DNA from: an uncultured Myxococcales bacterium
Lineage (GTDB): Bacteria; Myxococcota_A; Polyangia; Polyangiales; Houyiibacteriaceae
Assembly: GCA_965601515.1 (NCBI GenBank)
Contig: CBFCWN010000008.1
Location: forward strand, 4,379 to 68,378
Direction: 5' to 3'
DNA length: 64,000 nucleotides
This document shows, one piece after another, positions 26,151 through 35,475 of the stretch. The position numbers and the translations under genes were made by a program. Every line of letters starts with the position of its first letter. Within the stretch, counting starts at the first letter, position 1. The notes under the pieces were generated by a model that was not told where the DNA came from, did no database searches, and saw nothing but the letters and a program-made list of their open reading frames with translations.

Positions 26151-28134
26151 GACTCTCTCCTATCGTTGATTCCTGCATGGAAGGCGGGTGGTTTTCTCGC
26201 TCGAGACGATCGATCACGTCGGACAGCGGGATGAAACCGAGGTCCTTGTTCTCGTCGCGCGAGCGCACTGCCAACCCCTCGCCTTCGACTTCCTTCTGCC
26301 CAATGACTCCGAGGTACGGGACCCTCATGAGACGCGCATGACGGATCTTCGCGCCGAGCTTGTCGCTGCTCAAATCCGCCGTGACGCGGAAGCCGCGCTC
26401 CTGAAGCTGCTTCTGCACAGTCCGGGCATAGTCGTTGAACTTCTCGCTCACCGTCAACAGAGCGATCTGTTCGGGGGCGAGCCACACCGGAAATGCCCCG
26501 CCCACATGCTCGGTCAGCACGGCGAAGAACCGCTCGATCGAGCCCAAAATTGCGCGATGGAGCATCACGGGGCGATGCGTGGTGTTGTCCTCTCCGACGT
26601 AGGTGAGGTCGAATCGCTCCGGAAGCGTGAAGTCCGCCTGGATGGTCCCGAGCTGCCACGGCCGCCCAATGGCGTCCTTCAAATGGAACTCGATTTTCGG
26701 CCCGTAGAACGCCCCCTCGCCCTCGGCGATTTCGTAGGGAAGCTCTTTGGCCTTCACCGCTTCTTCGAGCGCCTCCTCAGCACGGTCCCAGACAGCATCG
26801 TCCCCGATGCGCTTCTCCGGGCGCGTCGCGATCACGATGCGGACATCGCTAAACCCGAAGTCGCGGTAGACCGCGTACACCAGGTCGAGGAACGCTTTGA
26901 TTTCGTCCTGCACCTGGTCGAGGGTGCAGAAGATGTGCGCGTCATCCTGCGCAAACGTCCGAACGCGCGTCAAACCCTGAACGACGCCGCTCCGCTCGAA
27001 CCGATGGAGCCGGCCGAAATCCGCCATGCGCATCGGCAGGTCTCGGTAGCTTCGCTTGGTCATCCCGTAGATCAAACAGTGGCTCGGACAGTTCATCGGC
27101 TTCACGCCGAACCGAAGCGACTCCGAAAACGCAGCGGTCCACTCGTCGGTGCCGGTCGGCGGTTTTTCCTCGACCCGCTTTTGCAGCTTCTCGAGCGTCT
27201 CCGACGTGGCCGCCATGTACATGTTCTCGGCGTACGACGGCAGGTGTCCGGACGTGTGAAACAGCTCGTTGTCGAAAATCTGCGGCGTGATGACTTCGTC
27301 GTACCCATGACGCGCGTAGAGCGCCCGCACGTAGTCCTCGAGCAGGTTGTAGATGGTCGCCCCACGCGGAAGGAAAAACGGAGAGGCCGGCGCATTCGGA
27401 TGAAAGCTGAAGAGCTCGAGCTCCTTGCCGAGCTTCCGGTGGTCGCGCTTCTTCGCCTCCTCGAGCTGCTTGAGATGAGCACGCAGTGCCTTCGGCGACG
27501 CAAACGCGGTCCCGTAAATGCGCTGAAGCATCGGATTGCGCTCGTCGCCTCGCCAGTACGCGCCTGCAACGCTCGTGAGCTTCACGGCTTTGAGAAAGCC
27601 CGTCGATGGAACGTGGGGGCCTTCGCACAGATCGACCCACTCGCCGTGGCGGTAGAGGGAGATCGGATCCTCGAGCCGCTCGAGGTGCTCGAGCTTGAAG
27701 TTCTCATCGAGGGAGGCGAGCAGCGCGCGGGCATCGTCGCGCGTGACGACCTCTCGCCGGAACGGGCTGTCGGCTTCGATGATCTCCCCCATCTTTTCCT
27801 CGATGGCGCGCAGGTCGTCGTCCGAAAAGGTTCCGCCGGGACGGTCGTAGTCGTAGTAGAAGCCGTCGTCCGTCGCCGGCCCGAAAGCCACCTTGGTTCC
27901 TGGAAAGAGCCGTTGCACCGCGTCGGCCATGACGTGCGCACTCGAGTGACGGATGATCGCAAGCGCGTCGGGGTCGTGCGCTCCGATCGGTTTCACCTCC
28001 GACGCCCCGTTCGGGAGCGGCGTGTGAAGATCGTACACCTGCCCGTCGACCCGGGCCGCCACCGTGTCCTTTTGAAGCGCGCCGTGCTCATCGAGCACTT
28101 CGCGCGCAGTACGCGTCGTCGCTCCCGTCGTCAT
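26143..28134 (-). CDS. thrS: threonine-tRNA ligase
   Basis: RHSSAH, DLCEGPH, GAYWRG, RDHRKLG, KPMNCP, GEGAFYGPK, HRAILGS.ERF; ATG 28134 chosen. Confidence 0.98.
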   Translation of the reverse strand: MTTGATTRTAREVLDEHGALQKDTVAARVDGQVYDLHTPLPNGASEVKPIGAHDPDALAIIRHSSAHVMADAVQRLFPGTKVAFGPATDDGFYYDYDRPGGTFSDDDLRAIEEKMGEIIEADSPFRREVVTRDDARALLASLDENFKLEHLERLEDPISLYRHGEWVDLCEGPHVPSTGFLKAVKLTSVAGAYWRGDERNPMLQRIYGTAFASPKALRAHLKQLEEAKKRDHRKLGKELELFSFHPNAPASPFFLPRGATIYNLLEDYVRALYARHGYDEVITPQIFDNELFHTSGHLPSYAENMYMAATSETLEKLQKRVEEKPPTGTDEWTAAFSESLRFGVKPMNCPSHCLIYGMTKRSYRDLPMRMADFGRLHRFERSGVVQGLTRVRTFAQDDAHIFCTLDQVQDEIKAFLDLVYAVYRDFGFSDVRIVIATRPEKRIGDDAVWDRAEEALEEAVKAKELPYEIAEGEGAFYGPKIEFHLKDAIGRPWQLGTIQADFTLPERFDLTYVGEDNTTHRPVMLHRAILGSIERFFAVLTEHVGGAFPVWLAPEQIALLTVSEKFNDYARTVQKQLQERGFRVTADLSSDKLGAKIRHARLMRVPYLGVIGQKEVEGEGLAVRSRDENKDLGFIPLSDVIDRLERENHPPSMQESTIGESHR

Positions 28135-28234
28135 CACGAAGTCGGAAGTGCCGAGGGGCCGGACGTGGTCGTAAACTGCCTCAAGACTCCGGTTTCTGAC
28201 ACATGGCCGGTCGATTGCAAGCGGCAGCACCGGC

Positions 28235-29998
28235 TCACGATGAGACCATACCGGAGGAGCGCCGAGCCACGGCGAGGCAGCCGATCGCAAAGAGGAACGC
28301 GACCGCCAGCGCCCCGAGCGTCACCTTCACACCGAGCGCCCACGACGGCACCTCGTAGCGGAACCGAGCGTACGTCCCCTCCGACATCGTGACCGCGAAC
28401 GGCTCTCGATTGCTCGAGACGACATCGACCGTTCCGTCGGTATCGATCACACGCCACCCGCGGTGGTGGTTGAAGTTGAAGCGTACCGACGCGGGTGATT
28501 CCGCGCGTAGCAGGAACTCCCCCCAGTTGGCCCGCTCGACCTCCACCGTGGGCCCGCCGTCGAGAACGAAACCGTGCTCTGCACGAAGGTCCTCGGCCTG
28601 GGGCACCTCGAGCGCCTCGTAGCAGTCGAGAACCCCCACGTTGGGCTCGAGGATGCGCATCATGCGGAACTCGTAGCCCGGCGGGCCCCACTCGAAGGGT
28701 CCTGCCGGCTCGGCCGCGAGATGGCGGTCGGTCGAACGCTCTTGCGAGAAGAGACTGAACTGAAAGTAGCCGAAGTTGAAGAGGATCAGCGGCACGAGGG
28801 CGAACCCGAGGATCCAACGCGACCGCGCGGCGCTCCACCGACCTTCGTCGATCAGGTCCTGCCAAACGAGGCCCGTCATCAAGAGAATGATCGGAATCGC
28901 GTTGATGAAGAAGCGCGAGGGCACCTGAATCGAGCGGTAGACCGGGACGAGCTTTCTCAACGCGTCGAACGGGAGAATCGGTGGGCCGCCGGAGGCGACG
29001 AGGGTGCCGAGCGCAAAACCGAATGCGGCGATCCCGACCAGCAGAAGCGGACCAAGCCCTGGCCGACGAAACACGCGACGCCGAAGTGAGACGAGGAACA
29101 GAATGAAGAGCACGGGTCCGAGGGTGTAGTACCGCTCGAACTGGTCATTCGGCAGATCGAACTCGATGAGGGGCACCGGGAAGAAGAGCATCTGAATGAG
29201 GCTCAGCGGCGGCTCGAAGCTGGCGGGCATCAGTCGTGGGAACTCGGAGAGCCAGCTCAGGTTTGGCAACATGAACATCGCGAGGCTGCCGATCGCAATC
29301 GCCACGGCGACGAGGTAGAGGCCGACCTTGAGAACGATCCCCCTCTCCCTCCGGGCCGCGAAGGCCTCGAACAAGAAATGCGCCAGGACGAAGCCGAAGC
29401 CGTAGGCGAGGAAGTGGTGGTTGTAGAACGAGGGGAACGTAAACATGAAGGGCACGACGGCAAGCGCCCGCCAGTTGCCGTCGCGCGCGATCGCGCGGTT
29501 CACCAGGAAGAAGGCCGGCAGCAAATAGTAGGGCGCGTACATGACGTGCATGCTGCCGAGCTGGCCGATGAAGTAGCCGTTGACGGCCCACGCGACGGCG
29601 ATCCAGCCCGCGGGTTTCGGCCGAAGCCCGTAGACCCTGCCGAACTTCCACATGCTCCAGAACCCGCCGGCCATCCACGGGATCAACACCATCCCAAGAC
29701 CGTTGCCAGCTCCAAAGAGCCGATAGAAGATCATGTTCGGGTGAAACAGAGGGATCTGCGGATTGCCGACCAAGGTCGCTCCTCCGCAAAGGTATGGATT
29801 CCAGGACACGCCGTAGTCGCCGAGTGAGTGCCACCAAAGCGCGATCTGGTTGAACGTCGCGAACTGGTCGTAGTCCGCGACCCCGATGCTGTCCCAGTGC
29901 AACAGAAACGGAAGAGCCGTGCTTAGAAGAACCGCGACGAACCATACGAACGGCTTTGGGCCGACCTCGCCCGTCGGCTGCGTTGGTTCTTCGGACAC
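28235..29998 (-). CDS. polytopic membrane protein, YfhO/GT-C-like
   Basis: More than 10 TM segments; WNPYLCGG..LVGNPQ loop motif; C-terminal soluble domain then a terminal TM. Confidence 0.7.
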   Translation of the reverse strand: MSEEPTQPTGEVGPKPFVWFVAVLLSTALPFLLHWDSIGVADYDQFATFNQIALWWHSLGDYGVSWNPYLCGGATLVGNPQIPLFHPNMIFYRLFGAGNGLGMVLIPWMAGGFWSMWKFGRVYGLRPKPAGWIAVAWAVNGYFIGQLGSMHVMYAPYYLLPAFFLVNRAIARDGNWRALAVVPFMFTFPSFYNHHFLAYGFGFVLAHFLFEAFAARRERGIVLKVGLYLVAVAIAIGSLAMFMLPNLSWLSEFPRLMPASFEPPLSLIQMLFFPVPLIEFDLPNDQFERYYTLGPVLFILFLVSLRRRVFRRPGLGPLLLVGIAAFGFALGTLVASGGPPILPFDALRKLVPVYRSIQVPSRFFINAIPIILLMTGLVWQDLIDEGRWSAARSRWILGFALVPLILFNFGYFQFSLFSQERSTDRHLAAEPAGPFEWGPPGYEFRMMRILEPNVGVLDCYEALEVPQAEDLRAEHGFVLDGGPTVEVERANWGEFLLRAESPASVRFNFNHHRGWRVIDTDGTVDVVSSNREPFAVTMSEGTYARFRYEVPSWALGVKVTLGALAVAFLFAIGCLAVARRSSGMVSS

Positions 29999-30064
29999 CG
30001 GCCGCAGTGAACCCGGAATGCTCGAGGTGTCAAGCCCTCAGCGATCCCGATTGCGCTCGGTCCG

Positions 30065-30139
30065 TGGTGCGGGAGGGCGGGTTTGAACCGCCGACTTCCA
30101 CCTTGTCAAGATGGCACTCTACCACTGAGTTACTCCCGC
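30065..30139 (-). tRNA. tRNA-Val (GAC)
   Basis: GCGGGAGTAACTCAGTGGTAGAGTG...TTGACAA loop...GGTTCAAACCC...CTCCCGCACCA. Confidence 0.96.
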
Positions 30140-30170
30140 TGACGTTCATGGAACGACGTTTGGAAGCGGC

Positions 30171-30199
30171 GGTTTAACGCTGAGCCCGAGAGGTGTCAA
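30171..30199 (-). promoter_or_regulatory. putative sigma70 promoter for tRNA-Val
   Basis: TTGACA-17 nt-TAAACC on minus strand. Confidence 0.6.
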
Positions 30200-30251
30200 A
30201 CCGTGCCGCCTTTTGCCTATTCCCGGACTCGCTGATAAGCCACCCGGTCTG

Positions 30252-31730
30252 ATGAGCAGGGACGCCTCGAACGAGAAGGAGCCAAGCGGGCTTCGACCCT
30301 TGCCGTCGGTCAACATGGCGCTGCTTCCGAACGAGCTTCGTGCAAAGCGGACGCGCCGATTGGTCGCCGCGAGTGTCGTGGGAGTCGTCGTCGTCGCCTT
30401 TCTCGGGGTTTGGATCGTGCGAAGCGTGGTGCCGTCGGCGATGTCGTGGTTCGAAGACGAAGGCACGTCGGAAGAGGTGGCCGCAATCGGCCCAGGGCCG
30501 GAGCTCCGTCCCGTGGAAGACGATGTCACGGCGGAACCATCGCTGACGGCCGAGGAGCGGCTCGCGCTTTCGCGGTCGCAGCCCAATGCGCGCTACGAAA
30601 CGCTCTTTGGAAAGACCCCGAGCTTTCGCGGTGCGCTCATGGAGGCCGGACTCGAACCTGAGGAGTGTTCCGAGATCGAGGCAGCCCTCGAGCACATCGT
30701 CGATTTCAGACGCTGTCGACCGGAGCATCGTCTGATCGTCGAACGGGACGAAGACGCTGCCCTCAAGCGATTCGAGTACCATCCCTCGGCGACCGAGTTC
30801 GTGACGGTCACTCGGGGCCAGGACGGCATCTTCCGCGCCGAGGAGATTCAGGTGAAGGTCGAGCGCACGCCGATCGCTCGCGCCGCTTCCGTCGAGACTT
30901 CCATCGGCGACGGGCTGGTCGGGCTCGGCCTCCCCGCAGGGCTTGCGACGTTCTTCGTCGAGGCATTCGAAGGCCGTGTGAACTTCTCGCTTCAGGCACG
31001 TAAGGGCGACGTCTTTCGGATCATCGTCGACGAAGAGAGCGTCGACGGCGAATTTCTTCGCTACGGTCGCGTGCACGCACTCGAGTACGAAGGGCAGAAG
31101 ACCGGAAAGCTTCAGGCATTCTACTACGAGACCGGCAACGCCGAGGGGCAGTTCTACGACGAGACCGGCCGCGCGATGGTCGGAGGCTGGCTCCGCACGC
31201 CGCTGCGCTACGACCGGCTGTCTTCACGATACAACCCGCGTCGCGTCCACCCGATCCTCAAACGAGTCATGCCTCACCTCGGCGTCGACTATGCCGCGGC
31301 AACGGGGACGCCGGTTTGGGCGGCCGCATCGGGCCGAGTTGTCTTTGCCGGGCGAAAGGGACCGAACGGAAACCTCGTCGTCATTCGCCACTCGGGTGGG
31401 TTTGAAACCGCGTACGCGCACCTCCATCGAATCAAGAGCGGGATCCGCCCGGGCAAGCAGGTCAAGCAGCGAGAGCTCATCGGCTTCGTTGGCTCGACCG
31501 GTCGGTCGACGGGACCTCACCTCCATTTCGGACTCAAGAAGTACTCACGTTACATCGACCCTTTGGACGAGTTGAACGGACCCGGACTTCGAATGCCGGG
31601 GCGCGAGCTGCCAGCGTATCGCGATGCGATGTCCGCGTGGCAGACCCAGCTTGCAGGAATTGATGATGCTCCCGTCATGGTGGCGGGTGCCGATGAGCCG
31701 CTCGTCGAAGTCGACGAGATCATGGACTGA
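30252..31730 (+). CDS. M23 family metallopeptidase (MepM-like), membrane anchored
   Basis: HLGVDYAA (HxxxD), YAHL, GRSTGPHLHF (HxH); N-terminal TM; start uncertain. Confidence 0.92.
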   Translation: MSRDASNEKEPSGLRPLPSVNMALLPNELRAKRTRRLVAASVVGVVVVAFLGVWIVRSVVPSAMSWFEDEGTSEEVAAIGPGPELRPVEDDVTAEPSLTAEERLALSRSQPNARYETLFGKTPSFRGALMEAGLEPEECSEIEAALEHIVDFRRCRPEHRLIVERDEDAALKRFEYHPSATEFVTVTRGQDGIFRAEEIQVKVERTPIARAASVETSIGDGLVGLGLPAGLATFFVEAFEGRVNFSLQARKGDVFRIIVDEESVDGEFLRYGRVHALEYEGQKTGKLQAFYYETGNAEGQFYDETGRAMVGGWLRTPLRYDRLSSRYNPRRVHPILKRVMPHLGVDYAAATGTPVWAAASGRVVFAGRKGPNGNLVVIRHSGGFETAYAHLHRIKSGIRPGKQVKQRELIGFVGSTGRSTGPHLHFGLKKYSRYIDPLDELNGPGLRMPGRELPAYRDAMSAWQTQLAGIDDAPVMVAGADEPLVEVDEIMD

Positions 31731-31734
31731 GCGA

Positions 31735-32370
31735 CTAGTCGGACGAGCCGCTCGAGAACACCGAGGCGGCGAGATCGAGGCCACCCGGAAACGCGTGCTT
31801 CGGCGGCGCTTCCTCGTCCTCTCGTTGGGCCGGCGTCTTCGTGATTCGCGAGGGACGCGCGGTGTGGTTGGCCGCGGTGTTCGTCGTCGAGGGCCACCCG
31901 GTCAGCGTGTTCCTCGAAGAGCGAATGGGGCTCCGCTCCTCCGCATCCGCGGTGCCCACGGGAACCCCCGTGAGAGTGCGTTGATCCAAAATGAACGATT
32001 GCTCTGCGCGAAGGCATCGCATGCTATGCGTAAGGCGCCGCCGCTCGTCGCCTCGAAGTGCTTCAAATTCGATCCCCATTCCGACGGTCGCGCGCTCCTG
32101 GGCTCGCGAACCGCCGAGCTGCACTCGCTCCACACGACCCGCGACACAAAGAGGTTCATCCCAGTCGGGCGGGACGAAAGTCAACGTCACCTCGGTCCCG
32201 ATTTCCAAGAGAAGGTCGGTTTGGATCCATAGACCGTCCTCGCTCACGTCGGTCACGCGATAGGCGATCGGCTCGTCCCAGAGCTCGCAGTAGAGCTGGC
32301 AGTCGAGGTCGACGCGACGCCGTACCGAACGGCGTGCCTCGGGTTTGGCTCCAAACTGGCGAGCGGCCAT
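31735..32370 (-). CDS. PilZ domain protein
   Basis: RRSVR (RxxxR) and DVSEDG (DxSxxG) motifs, GMGIEF; disordered C-terminal tail. Confidence 0.85.
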   Translation of the reverse strand: MAARQFGAKPEARRSVRRRVDLDCQLYCELWDEPIAYRVTDVSEDGLWIQTDLLLEIGTEVTLTFVPPDWDEPLCVAGRVERVQLGGSRAQERATVGMGIEFEALRGDERRRLTHSMRCLRAEQSFILDQRTLTGVPVGTADAEERSPIRSSRNTLTGWPSTTNTAANHTARPSRITKTPAQREDEEAPPKHAFPGGLDLAASVFSSGSSD

Positions 32371-32408
32371 ATGAACGCTTGTATTTCAGCGAGACCGAGG
32401 GTCGCAAG

Positions 32409-33314
32409 TTACGGGTCGAGCTGCACCGCGTGCTCTGGATCGAGCGTGTAGCGGGTTTGATCCCAGCTTCCGGGCGTGGCGGTGACGGCCCCATCTCCTA
32501 CGTCGATCATCCACAGGCCTTCCCTACCCTGATGGGTCGTACTCCCTGCGCAGCAGAGGGGAAGCGGCGACTCGGGAACGCGGACGTGGTACCGCCAGTG
32601 GATGTGGCCGTGCAGGATGACCCCGCGCGCGGCCGACGCGCATGCCTCGAGCAGCGCATCGGCGTTCTCGAGCCCGTGTGCAGGTCGATCGGGCCGACCG
32701 CTCGCTAGCCTCGGCGCGTAATGGGTCGCGACGATCACGAAGCGATTTCGGAGCCGCTCATCGTCGAGTAGCAGGTTCAGCTTGTCGATTTCCGCGTCGG
32801 CAATGCGGCCACTCGAATGGTGGGGCTTCGGATTCGCGCGGGCGCTGTTGACTCCGACGATCGCAAGATCGTCCGTCGGAAACCAGACCTGAGGCCAGAC
32901 CCCATCGGCCGTGTACTCGGGCAGATCGTTCTTCATGAAGTCGCCGAAGTATCGGTCCCACCAACCCGCTCTCACGGTATCGCGGAGGTAAAGGTCGTGG
33001 TTTCCAGGCACGGTGAAGAAGCCGAGCGGTCGGTGGGTCAGCACGTCGATGACGTTTCGGGCGTAGCGGAGCTCAGGCTCGGTGCCGAGCGCCGTGTAGT
33101 CGCCTGTACACACGATGATGTCGACGTCGTGTTCCTCCGCGAAGCTTGCAATGGCATCCACCTTCTGAGGCGCATCGGCGAACACCCTCCGGCGCCGAAA
33201 CGCCAGGTTGGCGAAACCGACGACGCGCTTGTTGAGAAACGAGGTCAACGGAACGCCGCGGAAGCCATCTTCGAGATGAAGGTCGCTGACGTGGAGAACG
33301 CGAGTCACGGCCAC
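32409..33314 (-). CDS. calcineurin-like metallophosphoesterase
   Basis: HVSDLH, TGD, PGNHD, HGHIH motifs. Confidence 0.9.
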   Translation of the reverse strand: MAVTRVLHVSDLHLEDGFRGVPLTSFLNKRVVGFANLAFRRRRVFADAPQKVDAIASFAEEHDVDIIVCTGDYTALGTEPELRYARNVIDVLTHRPLGFFTVPGNHDLYLRDTVRAGWWDRYFGDFMKNDLPEYTADGVWPQVWFPTDDLAIVGVNSARANPKPHHSSGRIADAEIDKLNLLLDDERLRNRFVIVATHYAPRLASGRPDRPAHGLENADALLEACASAARGVILHGHIHWRYHVRVPESPLPLCCAGSTTHQGREGLWMIDVGDGAVTATPGSWDQTRYTLDPEHAVQLDP

Positions 33315-34354
33315 AGCGAAGTTGCTCCGAGCCCCGCGCCCTCATCGAGACCGAACCGGACGTTCAAACACTGAATCGCCTGACCGGACGCGCCTTTCAC
33401 GAGGTTGTCGATGACGCTCATCGCGACGAGCGTTCCGTTTCGCGGCTCTTGGGTGTAGGCAACGTACGCTCGGTTCGAACCCCGCGCCCACAGCGTGTCG
33501 GGGTGCGTTCCCGGATCGAGCACTTGGACGGAGGGCGAGCCGTCGTACAGCTGTCTCGCCGCCTCGGTACAGGCTGCAGGCGTCACGCTCGCCGACACGG
33601 GTTGGGCGTAGCAGGTGGCAAGAATACCGCGCGACATCGGCACGAGGTGTGGAACGAACGTGACCCCCACATGCGAACCCGCGAGCTTCGTGAGCTCTTG
33701 CTCGATTTCGGGTCCGTGGCGATGGGCGCCTGCCTTGTAGGCGCGCACACCCTCCCCGACCTCGGGGAAATGAGTCGACTGGGAAAGCCCCCGACCCGCA
33801 CCCGAAACGCCGCTCTTCGCGTCGACGACGAGCCCGACGGTCTTCGCGAGCCCTGCTTCGACCAACGGCGCAAGCGCCAACGTCGCCGCCGTCGGATAAC
33901 AGCCCGGCACCGCGATGAGATCCGCCTCGCGAATCGCCTCACGGTGAAGCTCGACCAGCCCGTACACGGCTTCACTGAGGCGCGAAGGAACCGGATGGGT
34001 GCCGTACCACTCTTCATAGAGAGCGAGATCGTCGAGCCGAAAGTCTGCGGACAGGTCGAGTACGGGAAGACCGCGTTCGCGAAGCGCGTTGACCGCATCC
34101 GCACTGGCTGCATGGGGCAGTGCACAGAAAGCCACGTCGCATTCCTTCGCGATCGCATCCGGATCGAAGGGCTTTACCGCCACGTCCATCACGCCGCGAA
34201 GGCTTGGCAACACGTCGGCAACGGACTGTCCGGCCGTCGTGTTCCCGACGATGCCCGTGAGCTGGAGCAAGGGGTGGCCGAGCGCCAGACGCACGAGCTC
34301 TGCTCCGGTGTACCCGGTTCCACCTACGACCGTCGCGCGTATGGCTTTGCTCAT
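33305..34354 (-). CDS. argC: N-acetyl-gamma-glutamyl-phosphate reductase
   Basis: GGTGYTG, ALPH, DLSADFR, PGCYPT, SGVSGAG, HRH.PEI, IDNLVKGASGQA; ATG at 34354. Confidence 0.97.
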   Translation of the reverse strand: MSKAIRATVVGGTGYTGAELVRLALGHPLLQLTGIVGNTTAGQSVADVLPSLRGVMDVAVKPFDPDAIAKECDVAFCALPHAASADAVNALRERGLPVLDLSADFRLDDLALYEEWYGTHPVPSRLSEAVYGLVELHREAIREADLIAVPGCYPTAATLALAPLVEAGLAKTVGLVVDAKSGVSGAGRGLSQSTHFPEVGEGVRAYKAGAHRHGPEIEQELTKLAGSHVGVTFVPHLVPMSRGILATCYAQPVSASVTPAACTEAARQLYDGSPSVQVLDPGTHPDTLWARGSNRAYVAYTQEPRNGTLVAMSVIDNLVKGASGQAIQCLNVRFGLDEGAGLGATSLWP

Positions 34355-34401
34355 GTCTTGGTCTCCATCCTGTGCTTTGTGTCTCTCGGGAAGCATTAAG
34401 C

Positions 34402-34434
34402 AAGAAAGCCGCGGGGCCAGTGGCGCCGCGGCTC
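34402..34434 (-). terminator. intrinsic terminator after rplM-rpsI
   Basis: Minus strand AGCCGCGGCGCCACTGGCCCCGCGGCT hairpin followed by TTCTT. Confidence 0.6.
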
Positions 34435-34457
34435 TCGAATCGTTGAATCGGAAGCTC

Positions 34458-34865
34458 TCAGCGCTTCGAGTACTGGAACTTCTTGCGGGCGCCCGGCTGA
34501 CCCGGCTTCTTGCGCTCTTTCTTACGAGCGTCGCGGGTGAGGTAACCGGCCTTCTTGAGCTGCGACTTGTTGTTGTCGTCGACGAGGACGAGAGCGCGAG
34601 CGATTCCGTGTCGGACGGCCTCCGCCTGCGACGAGACGCCGCCACCGTTGACGTTGACCTGCACGTCGTACTGACCCTGCTTACCGAGCAAGGCGAACGG
34701 CTGCATCGCGATGATGCGAAGAATCTCCCGAGGGAAGTAGTCCTCGAAGGTCCGGCCGTTGATGGTGACGTTGCCAGCACCTTGGCTGAGAAACACACGG
34801 GCGATGGCGTTCTTGCGCTTCCCCGTGCCGTAGTGGCGTCCATCGATGACTTTAGCGTGTGTCAT
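34458..34865 (-). CDS. rpsI: 30S ribosomal protein S9
   Basis: GTGKRK, GGG.S.QAEA.RHGIARAL, LTRD.R.KERKK.G, QYSKR. Confidence 0.98.
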   Translation of the reverse strand: MTHAKVIDGRHYGTGKRKNAIARVFLSQGAGNVTINGRTFEDYFPREILRIIAMQPFALLGKQGQYDVQVNVNGGGVSSQAEAVRHGIARALVLVDDNNKSQLKKAGYLTRDARKKERKKPGQPGARKKFQYSKR

Positions 34866-34882
34866 TCCGTCTTACTCTCGAA

Positions 34883-35311
34883 TCAAAGTGAAAGGGGCTC
34901 GGGCTTTTGCGCCACGTGGGGATGGGTACCCTCGGGGTACACCTTCAGCTTGCGAAACATCTGACGACCGAGGCTGTTCTTCGGGAGCATGCCCTTGACC
35001 GCCTTCTCGACGACGAGCTCGGGATTGCGCTCGAGGAGATGACCGGCGCTTTCGGTGCGGAGTCCGCCCGGGTAGCCGGAGTGATTGTAGTAGAACTTGC
35101 CTTCGGCCTTGTTCCCGGTGAGACGGACCTGGGCTGCGTTCGTCACGATGACGAAGTCACCGGTGTCGACGTGCGGCGTGAACTCCGGACGGTGCTTCCC
35201 TCGGAGGACGTGCGCCACCTTGGACGCAAGTCGGCCGAGCGGTTGCCCCGCGGCATCGACGACATACCATTTGCGTTCGATTTCCGACGCTTTGGCGCTC
35301 TGGGTGGCCAT
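34883..35311 (-). CDS. rplM: 50S ribosomal protein L13
   Basis: [40 protein letters not shown]. Confidence 0.98.
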   Translation of the reverse strand: MATQSAKASEIERKWYVVDAAGQPLGRLASKVAHVLRGKHRPEFTPHVDTGDFVIVTNAAQVRLTGNKAEGKFYYNHSGYPGGLRTESAGHLLERNPELVVEKAVKGMLPKNSLGRQMFRKLKVYPEGTHPHVAQKPEPLSL

Positions 35312-35346
35312 GCTTTTCGCTCCTAAGACCCCGTTTCGGGGCGCGT

Positions 35347-35375
35347 TTCCTAGCTGCCGCCCCCGACGGTGTCAA
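35347..35375 (-). promoter_or_regulatory. putative sigma70 promoter for rplM-rpsI
   Basis: TTGACA-17 nt-TAGGAA on minus strand. Confidence 0.55.
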
Positions 35376-35475
35376 GCAGGCAGAAACGGCCTCGAAGCCA
35401 CCTAAGAGGGTGTTATTGCGAGGGTTCCTCGACGGAGCCAGACGACGCGTCGAAATTCGGCTACAACGATAACGA

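Noticed and set aside
26188-28392. 734-aa plus-strand ORF antisense to thrS
   Set aside because: Shadow ORF caused by high-GC codon bias; no motifs, fully overlaps a certain gene
33305-34843. 512-aa ORF suggesting a long N-terminal extension of ArgC
   Set aside because: The extension overlaps rpsI in another frame and crosses a terminator; ArgC homology begins at ATG 34354
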